Virus record (IMG/VR): IMGVR_UViG_3300037478_000195
Span: 1-40,229 of that record
DNA: 40,229 nt
Strand: one strand, 5' to 3'
Source of the DNA: a virus
Lineage: Duplodnaviria > Caudoviricetes
The translations under genes and the position numbers were made by a program. Below, in pieces: positions 33,149-40,229 of the stretch. The notes under the pieces were generated by a model that saw only the letters and a program-made list of their open reading frames with translations, was not told where the DNA came from and ran no database searches. Every line of letters starts with the position of its first letter. Position 1 is the first letter of the stretch.

Positions 33149-34605
33149 GCAAGCGCAAGAATCATGGAAAGCGCGTCGTCCTCGTCCATTTGGAGCTGCT
33201 TGGCCCGCTCAGTCAGCACGCCAGATACGAGCGCATCACGCTCTGCGTATGCGGCCCTTAGCTGCTCAACGAGGCGGCTATCCCTGGCCTCTGCGACGCG
33301 CAGCGCGCGACGTGAAATAAGGCGCTCTTGCTGGGCGGCAACATCGACGGCAGGCAGCGGCGCTGGCTTTTGTCGCTTCTCGCGCCCGGCCCCTGTGCGC
33401 GCCGGCCAAGAGGGCCAATATCCGCCTGACGGCTGCTCGGCCGGGACGGTGGCAAGGGGCGTGATGCTGGATGCCATGGCTACGCCGCTAGCCGGGACAA
33501 TCGACGCCACAACTACAGCCGAGCCGGCCAGCGTGCCAGTGACCGCGTACCCTGATGCGGCCGTGATCGTTGCGGCCCCGCCAGCGCTTGCTAGCGTGCT
33601 CGCCGTGGACGCTCCAGCGGCTGGCGTGATGCCAGACTCGGACACCGAACCACCGATGAGCGTAGACGTTGTTGCCGCCCCACCGGCTGCGGTCAGCTGC
33701 GACTCGGCAACCGATGACGCCACCAGCTGCGCCGCAGTCGCCACGCCATCGGCTTGAGCAAGCTCAGAGGCAGCAGTCGCCGCGCCGGCCAACGACAACG
33801 ACGTTGCGACGCCTGCGGCTGCAGTCGGGGCGGATTCGGCAACGGCTGCCCCAGCAATGGCGCTTGCGGCCCCCGCACCGGCAGCTGCCGTGATCGCCGA
33901 ATCCGCGACGGATGACCCAACAATCGCCCCAGCAGTGGACGCCCCGGCTGCGGACGTGATCGCTGCCCTAGCCTCCGACCAAAATTCGGAGAACGCCCAC
34001 ATGCCATCCGTAGATGCCGAGACGCTGGCTGTTTTGTTGCCCGTCGCGCCTGCCGCTGCCTGGATGGCCTCAGCCATCTCAATGCCATACGTAGCGTTGT
34101 CGATGCGCTCGGTAAGGCTTGCGTCCGGCGTGCATGCCTGGGCAGTGCCCTGAGCGATGTACACGGAGATGAGAGCGTTTGCCTTGGTCGTCGTGATGCT
34201 TGTCGCGGTCGGTGCTGTGCCGGTCCACGTGCCGAACGTCACTTGCCCAAACAGCGCCGCCAAATCGGGGTTGTCGTGCGCCGTGCGGGTCCACGCATGC
34301 GCAGCGTTTGCGCTCGACGTGAGCGTGGCCGCCGCTGGAGTCGCGGGTGCGGCCCTGTGGTACACGGTCATTCGGCTATTGAGCAGCCCGCCCGCCATCC
34401 CGGCCATCGTCGTCGTGCCGGCCACAGACCATCCGGCAGGCGTCGTGTGCGTCGGCGGGCCAGCTGGGGCAATCAGCGCCGACGAGTACCAGATAACCTC
34501 TAGATCGTCCTGCGCCGTCCCGGTCGGCACAGTCGCCGAGTCAGTGGCGGTTGTGAATGTGTTGTCGCCATTCGATGCCGCAGCGCGAAACGAGAGGTTA
34601 GCCAC
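33142..34605 (-). CDS. Putative virion fibre protein: N-terminal beta-sandwich, about 8 x 22-aa Ala/Ser/Thr/Gly repeats, helical C-terminus
   Basis: GTG start (VANLSF) after 34598..34801. Visible 22-residue period, ends DEDDALSMILALAS. Confidence 0.7.
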   Translation of the reverse strand: MANLSFRAAASNGDNTFTTATDSATVPTGTAQDDLEVIWYSSALIAPAGPPTHTTPAGWSVAGTTTMAGMAGGLLNSRMTVYHRAAPATPAAATLTSSANAAHAWTRTAHDNPDLAALFGQVTFGTWTGTAPTATSITTTKANALISVYIAQGTAQACTPDASLTERIDNATYGIEMAEAIQAAAGATGNKTASVSASTDGMWAFSEFWSEARAAITSAAGASTAGAIVGSSVADSAITAAAGAGAASAIAGAAVAESAPTAAAGVATSLSLAGAATAASELAQADGVATAAQLVASSVAESQLTAAGGAATTSTLIGGSVSESGITPAAGASTASTLASAGGAATITAASGYAVTGTLAGSAVVVASIVPASGVAMASSITPLATVPAEQPSGGYWPSWPARTGAGREKRQKPAPLPAVDVAAQQERLISRRALRVAEARDSRLVEQLRAAYAERDALVSGVLTERAKQLQMDEDDALSMILALAS

Positions 34606-34801
34606 GTCGCTTGCTCTCGACGAATGCCCGGCTCTCCGCGCGCATCTGCTCGGGCAGCCCATCGTGGGCCACGCGGGCCATGTGCATCTGCTCTAGTAGG
34701 GCAGCCCGGTCAGAACACGGGAACGGCGTATTCGCCAACGCGGCAATGAACCAATCCACGTCCAGACGCTTGAGCGCGTCGTCGCGGTCTTCCGGCTTCA
34801 T
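34598..34801 (-). CDS. Small helical hypothetical protein
   Basis: 67 aa, fills the gap between the two neighbouring genes. Confidence 0.6.
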   Translation of the reverse strand: MKPEDRDDALKRLDVDWFIAALANTPFPCSDRAALLEQMHMARVAHDGLPEQMRAESRAFVESKRRG

Positions 34802-34804
34802 CGC

Positions 34805-35242
34805 TCAGTCTTCGGTGACCACCGTCCCGGCCGTGAGCGTGGGAGTAACGCCGCTGCCCGTCACGATGCTTGGGCTGATTGAGCCCTTGTAAAGCAGCTT
34901 CCCGGCCGCGCTCGACGAGCATCCGAGGCCCCAATGGGTCGCTGTGCCGCTACCGCCAGAGCCAACGGGGAACACCACGTCAGCAGCCAGCGCCACAGCA
35001 CTCGCCGTGACCGTGAATCCCGCCCCGCTTCGCGCGACGGCGACGCGTGCATAGTCCGTGTACGTGCATTCGCTCGTCGTCTGGTCCCCGGCCTCGCCCG
35101 GGTCTCCAGTGTGCAGGCTGATGTAGTAGCTGCCGGCCGTGGAGCTGCCGCGCAGACCGGTCGCGTCCCCGTGCAAGCTGCTATCCGTGTTGTTGAACAT
35201 CAGCAGCAGGAGATCGTTCTCCCAGGTGTTGGTTTTGCTCAT
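34805..35242 (-). CDS. Small beta-rich virion structural subunit (often annotated phage tail fibre protein)
   Basis: YISLHTGDPGEAG...E..Y..YARVAV...FP...THWG...G.LLY.G, coupled to the portal stop. Confidence 0.75.
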   Translation of the reverse strand: MSKTNTWENDLLLLMFNNTDSSLHGDATGLRGSSTAGSYYISLHTGDPGEAGDQTTSECTYTDYARVAVARSGAGFTVTASAVALAADVVFPVGSGGSGTATHWGLGCSSSAAGKLLYKGSISPSIVTGSGVTPTLTAGTVVTED

Positions 35243-37569
35243 GATTGGCCCTCGCTAAGTTGTACGGTAGAGCGCGCGCCAATCGCGGCCCCCGATTCGT
35301 CTCGCTGCAATACGATCTCACGCGGCGCCGCAACGATCTCCGCCACCTCATCCAGCCCTTCGAGCACGTTCACGGTCAGCTGCTGTAGCTGAGCGATTGC
35401 CTGCGTTGTCTGCTGTAGCGCCGCAGCGATGGCCTCTTGCGACTGGCTCACCGTCTGAGCCATTGCTTCATCGCTTCCACGCCCCGACTCATCTTTTGGC
35501 GACTCTGGCTTGCTCATTACGGCTTGCTCCTGCTTTGCTAACGCGGCCTGCTGTGTTTGCTGCTGCAACTTCAGCTCAAGCTGCGCGATGCGTACATCAC
35601 GCTCGAACAGCTCTTTCTTGGCGTCGATCTCATCCGCCTGAGCCTGTAGCCCGGCCTGCGCGGCCTTGATTTCCGCCATGGCGGCCTTCGCTTGCTCCTG
35701 CACAGCGGTGTTCTTTTCATCCACTTGGCCCTGCAAGTCCTGGATCACAGAGCTGGCTTGCTCCATCGCGCCGGCCATCTGCTGCATCTGCTCGCCTTGT
35801 GCAGTCAGCTGCGCCTTCACGGCTGGCGGGATATCGTCGTTCTCGTCTTCGGCGTATACCTGTTGGACGTTCGGCGGCAGCAGTGCAATTGCCACCTTGC
35901 TGATCTTGTCGGACTCCGGCATGTCGTTGAGCTTGACCAACAGCGGGGCCAGCGCAGCACCCAATGCTGGGTTGCCTTGGCTTATCTCCACGAGGCGCTG
36001 GCTGGCCTCTGTGCGCATGCTGGTGTAGCTCGGGCCGATCTTCACTCGCACGTCATACGCGCCGACGTTGGGATTGATCGCAATGACTTTGCCGCCTTGC
36101 TTCTTGACGGCCTGTTCCATCGTCGGGTCTACATCGACCTGGGATTGCTCTCCATCCTCGCCAAGAATCTTTGCCTGCCTGCGCGTGTCGTAGATGCGCG
36201 GGATCATGGATACGATGATCCGGCCCATGTGCTCCATTGAGCGGCGCAGGTTGTCGATGTAGTGGAAATTGGCGGTGTCGCTTTCCCGCAGATCGGCCAA
36301 CTTTGCGCGCCCTGAGACTGCGTTCGATTGCTGCCCAAGGCTTGTTTTGTGCATGCCGACAGACGCTTGCATTTCCTGCGCACCGCGCGTCTCGCCGTTC
36401 ACAAATCCCGCTGGAAACGCTGGCGGGCTTAGGCGGATCGGCGGCGGCAGCGGATTGCCTGCGTCGTCTACGCCCTCATAGGACAGGTAGGCGGGATTGC
36501 CGCTGTTGAGGGCCTCCCATTCGTCCTCGTGACCATCAATTGAGCGCCGGTCAAGAATGAAGGGGGCCTTGGGCTGGGCCATCATGGCCTCTGTTTGCGC
36601 GCTGGCCTCGTAGTTGTGCAGACGCTGCCCGTCCCTCATGCGCCGCACCATGCCGCACAAGTAGCGCTTGCCGCCCACCCACAGCTCGTATCCGAGCACA
36701 GGGATGAGCGGCACCCAATCAGCGGGGAAATCAGTCTCTTCGAGAATTTCGGCGCCAGTCATCTTGCACCATCTCACCGTGCGCTTTTTTGCGATGAACT
36801 GGTCTTGCACTGGTGGCGAGTAACCAATCTGCTTGGCAAGCTGCCAGTACTCATCCTCGCCCACCGTCATGCGACCACCATCGGGGCCGTCAATGGCAAT
36901 GCGGTTTTCTTCCTTTTCGACGACCTTGAAATACTCGGCGATGCGGATGCTGTCTTGGCCGAACCACTCATCGCCTTCGCTCTCCCACGAGAGCTTTTTC
37001 GCCTTCGGGTACGCACGTTCGAAGGCGCGCTCGGTCATCACCGTTTCCGCAAACCCGTACATCGCGTCCGAGCCATCGGGCTCCACGCTATTTGGGTCCA
37101 GACAGATGCTCATCGGGTCATGCACCCGTTGGACGATGATCTCCTGCTCGTTTGTCTCTGGCCTCACCACACGAGGCAGCACACGCAGCCAGCCCAGCCC
37201 GACCCGCGCAGATAACTCGATAGCGCAGTCGTATGCGATACCAGCACGAGAGGTGTACTCGATGTGCCGAATGATCCCGTTGAGCTGCTGCGCTACTGCT
37301 GGATCGCCTTGGCTGTCGGCCGGCAGCACTTGGATGCTGGGCTTGTTCTGCCGCGCGTCGTTGACGATCTGGCTGATGAACTGGTTTGTGCGGTCCAGCG
37401 TCAGCATCGGGCGACCGCGGCGGGCCGTCTTGGCGTAGTCGTCCCACTGCTCGGGGCATGCCGGGTTGCTGAACTTAAGGTCCTCCCGGAAGCGGGCGTT
37501 CTGGTCGGACACGGCGTCCTGCGCGTCCTGATACCGCTCTTTCGCCTGCGCTAGGGTGTCCTGTGCCAT
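35239..37569 (-). CDS. Portal protein (P22 gp1-like, with C-terminal coiled-coil barrel)
   Basis: EDLKF...QW...GRP.LT, GLGWLRV, GMVRRMRDGQRLHNY, SGRA, G.YDVRV..GPSY...R.EA. Confidence 0.93.
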   Translation of the reverse strand: MAQDTLAQAKERYQDAQDAVSDQNARFREDLKFSNPACPEQWDDYAKTARRGRPMLTLDRTNQFISQIVNDARQNKPSIQVLPADSQGDPAVAQQLNGIIRHIEYTSRAGIAYDCAIELSARVGLGWLRVLPRVVRPETNEQEIIVQRVHDPMSICLDPNSVEPDGSDAMYGFAETVMTERAFERAYPKAKKLSWESEGDEWFGQDSIRIAEYFKVVEKEENRIAIDGPDGGRMTVGEDEYWQLAKQIGYSPPVQDQFIAKKRTVRWCKMTGAEILEETDFPADWVPLIPVLGYELWVGGKRYLCGMVRRMRDGQRLHNYEASAQTEAMMAQPKAPFILDRRSIDGHEDEWEALNSGNPAYLSYEGVDDAGNPLPPPIRLSPPAFPAGFVNGETRGAQEMQASVGMHKTSLGQQSNAVSGRAKLADLRESDTANFHYIDNLRRSMEHMGRIIVSMIPRIYDTRRQAKILGEDGEQSQVDVDPTMEQAVKKQGGKVIAINPNVGAYDVRVKIGPSYTSMRTEASQRLVEISQGNPALGAALAPLLVKLNDMPESDKISKVAIALLPPNVQQVYAEDENDDIPPAVKAQLTAQGEQMQQMAGAMEQASSVIQDLQGQVDEKNTAVQEQAKAAMAEIKAAQAGLQAQADEIDAKKELFERDVRIAQLELKLQQQTQQAALAKQEQAVMSKPESPKDESGRGSDEAMAQTVSQSQEAIAAALQQTTQAIAQLQQLTVNVLEGLDEVAEIVAAPREIVLQRDESGAAIGARSTVQLSEGQS

Positions 37570-37582
37570 TGTGCCGCACGTT

Positions 37583-37596
37583 AGTGTGCGCACACT
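37583..37596. promoter_or_regulatory. Perfect 14-bp palindrome AGTGTGCGCACACT upstream of the portal gene
   Basis: Sits in the 46-bp terL-portal gap and resembles the motif at 23446 and 33104. Confidence 0.6.
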
Positions 37597-37615
37597 TTAC
37601 AGGAAAACCATGATT

Positions 37616-39115
37616 CTAGCCAGCCATCCAGCTTTGAGGGGGTGTGTATGCTTTTTTGGGCTTTGTTTGCTTCGGTGGTGCGGCAAACGTCAGCACCCAG
37701 GAATCGGCGCGGTCAGGCGAGCGCCCTAATCGCTTCTTGTATTCCTTCTTGGACTCCATGAGAAGCAGGCCACCCTTGTAGCCGTAGCGGTAGGAACCAA
37801 GCTGCGCCTTTAGCTCCGGATCCTTTGGCATAGAGCAGCCGGCCACCTTGAGGTAGTCCTTGGCCGCGCGCCACATCCGCGCCTTGACGTTGTAATTTCG
37901 GTCGTCAGAGAGCTGCGCGCCAGTGTGAACACCGAATGTCACCGCTGCGTACTTGGTGCGCTTGAGGTGGTCATATGCGCTCACGCCAGGCCCGTCCAGC
38001 TCAATGCAGATCATGCCGATGGCGCCACCCGCATCCTCAAGCTCGCGGCACTGCTCCTCAACCACACCACCCAGCGCTGGGCCGTCAAGCTTGCTGCGCA
38101 TCACGAGCGGCAGCGTCAGGAGCCCTCGCCGCTTGCTAATACCGCTCTCGTCGTCTCCCATGTGCGCAGCGTCAACGCCGATCATCCAAGGGCCGTTTAC
38201 CTCCACATCTGCCGGGCCAAGGCGTTGAGCAGCCTCGATTAGCTCGCCATTGATCCAAGCATCACTTGTGCTGGCGTTGTAGTCAATGTCCACCTCTTGA
38301 GCCAGAACAACGGGGTCTAGGTCGTTCTGCTGCTTGGCGTACCAATCCGGGCCTTTGCGCGGGTCATCCCGCCAGTGGAATGTAAATACCTTGACCTTGC
38401 CGCCGTGGCGCTTGCGATAGAACGGGTTTCCGTTGCCGTTCGGCGTGCTTACGTCGATCTTGCAATTCGATGTTTGCGAAAGTGCGGCATCTATGGACTC
38501 TGCGCGCTCATAGAACGCACTCTCGTCCTTGAAATAGATGCTGGTCCGATTGCCTCGCCCGATGTTGTCGCCCGATTCACCAACGATGGTCGCCTCGTTC
38601 TCGGGGTTCTTGATGGTCATGAACGGGGCATGCTTCTTCGCATCCCAGCCCTTGGGCCTGAACTCAACCGGCAGCAGGTTGACAAACTGCCGCACCTTCC
38701 AGAACAGCGACTTGGGGTCGTTCAGGTCGTCAACGTACTCTTCCTTGCGTGACCCGAAGCCCGCCACCGTGCCGGGATGGAACAACCACATCCAGACCGC
38801 GAAGGCCACACACAACCACGACACGCCCATGTCGCGGCTTTTCTCGGCAAGGCCGTCCTCGCGCCCAAGCCAGCGCTCACGCAACCAGACAACGAACTCA
38901 GCTTGCTTTGGGAACAGAAGGAATGGGACCGTGGTTGGCAGCCCGATCTCCGCATTGCGCGGATCGAAGGTCATCCCCCACTCGCTGATGAACTCGACGG
39001 GGTGATCTTTGTAATACGCCTTGAGCGCCGCCAGGTCGTAGCCCGGCTCCCTGATGCGCGCCAGCCGCTCTGAACGCTTCGTGTACTCGGCCTCGTAGTC
39101 CGGCGCCCAGGTCAT
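37616..39115 (-). CDS. terL: Terminase large subunit
   Basis: Walker A variant EKSRDMGVS, Walker B YFKDES, STPNG, nuclease motifs IGVDAA and SPDRADS. Confidence 0.93.
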   Translation of the reverse strand: MTWAPDYEAEYTKRSERLARIREPGYDLAALKAYYKDHPVEFISEWGMTFDPRNAEIGLPTTVPFLLFPKQAEFVVWLRERWLGREDGLAEKSRDMGVSWLCVAFAVWMWLFHPGTVAGFGSRKEEYVDDLNDPKSLFWKVRQFVNLLPVEFRPKGWDAKKHAPFMTIKNPENEATIVGESGDNIGRGNRTSIYFKDESAFYERAESIDAALSQTSNCKIDVSTPNGNGNPFYRKRHGGKVKVFTFHWRDDPRKGPDWYAKQQNDLDPVVLAQEVDIDYNASTSDAWINGELIEAAQRLGPADVEVNGPWMIGVDAAHMGDDESGISKRRGLLTLPLVMRSKLDGPALGGVVEEQCRELEDAGGAIGMICIELDGPGVSAYDHLKRTKYAAVTFGVHTGAQLSDDRNYNVKARMWRAAKDYLKVAGCSMPKDPELKAQLGSYRYGYKGGLLLMESKKEYKKRLGRSPDRADSWVLTFAAPPKQTKPKKAYTPPQSWMAG

Positions 39116-39558
39116 CCCAGCATCCGCTTGTATGCCTCGTCGGGAGCCAAAATGATAGCGTGCTCGTGTCGCTGGGGTGCATCAGGATCGCCCGCAATTA
39201 CCGTGCGGTCGCCGTACCGCCCAGGCGACCACTTGGCGAGCAACTTAAGCCGAGTCTCGATCTGTAGCTTCCGGTGCCCCAGCATGTCGCCGCGCTTTTC
39301 GCTCGACCCTTTGTCGTCGGTGGTTGTTTCGACTCCCTCCAGCGGAGTGTCCGCGATTTGCAGCGCCTCCTCGGCAATTGCGTCATAGCCAACCTCACGC
39401 GCGTGCGCGAAGCGTGCGGCGAACGCGGGGCGCTCAGACTTCCAATCGTAAACAGTCCGCCAAGCTGGCATCCCTTCGCGTCGGCAAATCTGGCGGAGCG
39501 GCTCACCCTCGGCCAGTAGGTCGCAGATGCGGTCTGCTAGCTCTTGAGTGAATGGCAT
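39112..39558 (-). CDS. terS: Terminase small subunit (Sf6 gp1-like)
   Basis: ICDLLAEGEPLRQIC...MP...TVYDW...ARE.G.D...EE..IAD...L.IETR..LLAKW.P.RYGD. Confidence 0.9.
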   Translation of the reverse strand: MPFTQELADRICDLLAEGEPLRQICRREGMPAWRTVYDWKSERPAFAARFAHAREVGYDAIAEEALQIADTPLEGVETTTDDKGSSEKRGDMLGHRKLQIETRLKLLAKWSPGRYGDRTVIAGDPDAPQRHEHAIILAPDEAYKRMLG

Positions 39559-39559
39559 G

Positions 39560-39778
39560 TCAGCCCCAGAACTTCCACCACGGGGCGCTCGGCTCTTCTG
39601 GTGGTGCGATAAGCCGTATGCCAGTCGGCACCCAGCCTGTATCCTCGATCAGCCGACCATTTCCGGCGTAGCGTTTCGTGCGCCCCTCACCGATCAAGTC
39701 ACGCCCGACTGAACGGAAGCGAGTTTCTAGCTCACAGTGCCAGAGGAAGATTTCGATTCTGATCGCATCGTCTGTCAT
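39560..39778 (-). CDS. Hypothetical protein
   Basis: MTDDAIRIEIF start, ends PWWKFWG, 1 nt before terS. Confidence 0.55.
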   Translation of the reverse strand: MTDDAIRIEIFLWHCELETRFRSVGRDLIGEGRTKRYAGNGRLIEDTGWVPTGIRLIAPPEEPSAPWWKFWG

Positions 39779-39913
39779 GTCGCTTCTCGCAACGCATGCG
39801 GAACCGCCGCAAGACGGGCAAAAGAGGGCCAGCAATGAGAGCTGGCGCCTAAGCAACTGCTAGTAGACACTAACATATTCGCGCTGCCGACGCAATAAGC
39901 GGGCTTCGCCAAG

Positions 39914-40168
39914 TCATGGCTTGGGGAAGCCCGCGAGGATGGCTTCGAGGATGGCGTTCGCGCGGCTCGGCCGGTCGGGCAGGTCATCGTGCTCTTGGCA
40001 CACGCGCACCCCGATGGCGGCGCACCGCTCGGCCACCAGGGCGGCGAAGCGCTGTAGTGCGCCGTCAGGCAGGTACTGGTTGCCATACCAGGTGTCGATG
40101 CCGCCGCCCTGCTTGGCCAATTCCACGCTGATGCCAGCCTCTTCGGCCATCTGTTCGAGTGTTTTCAT
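39914..40168 (-). CDS. Hypothetical nin-region protein
   Basis: MAEEAG...LQRFAALVAERCA motif, RBS AAGGA. Confidence 0.7.
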   Translation of the reverse strand: MKTLEQMAEEAGISVELAKQGGGIDTWYGNQYLPDGALQRFAALVAERCAAIGVRVCQEHDDLPDRPSRANAILEAILAGFPKP

Positions 40169-40229
40169 GCTTCCTTCACCACCTCGACTTGCTTGAGACT
40201 TTGCCACATGTCGCCCGCGGCTCGGCCAG
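40165..40229 (-). CDS. 3' part of the 47-aa ORF that begins at position 79
   Basis: In-frame continuation across the junction, TGA at 40167-40165. Confidence 0.65.
   Translation of the reverse strand, partial: GRAAGDMWQSLKQVEVVKEA

Larger units (their letters stand above)
1..40229. mobile_element. Complete temperate phage genome (P22-like podovirus morphogenesis, lambdoid control region), circularly permuted, excised attP form
   Basis: Contains terS, terL, portal, scaffold, coat, tail, lysis, int/xis, cI/cro/cII and rep. attP has phage genes on both sides, no host genes are visible, and an ORF reads in frame across the window ends. Confidence 0.95.

Noticed and set aside
24390-37438. Long plus-strand ORFs such as 24390..25325, 31731..32426 and 36833..37438
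   Set aside because: They are antisense to well-supported structural genes and have no independent coding signals.

Overview
The window appears to be a complete, circularly permuted ~40.2 kb temperate podophage genome with P22-like virion genes, in its excised (attP) form. A reading frame runs in phase across the two window ends. The minus strand at 76-5599 carries the lambdoid early-right arm (cro, cII, replication initiator with iterons, nin-like small genes). The plus strand at 5672-17922 carries the repressor and early-left arm (PagP-like barrel, Sak4/SSB/Gp157 recombination genes, PAPS-reductase-like and ASCH-like genes, xis, int). attP contains the 3' half of a tRNA-Leu(CAA). The minus strand at 18142-40229 carries the late genes (terS, terL, portal, scaffold, coat, gp4/gp10-like, ejection proteins, two tail adhesins, lysis cassette). 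The most unusual signals are: (1) integron attC-like hairpins and repeated leaders that make nin-region genes look like cassettes, with no IntI present; (2) a three-gene module between portal and scaffold with a 22-aa tandem-repeat protein next to a small beta-rich subunit; (3) a PagP-like outer-membrane barrel; (4) a palindrome repeated in front of four late modules in a genome with no recognisable Q; (5) two paralogous tail adhesins joined in frame by TAG-ATG. All protein calls come from motif recognition and gene order, not database searches.
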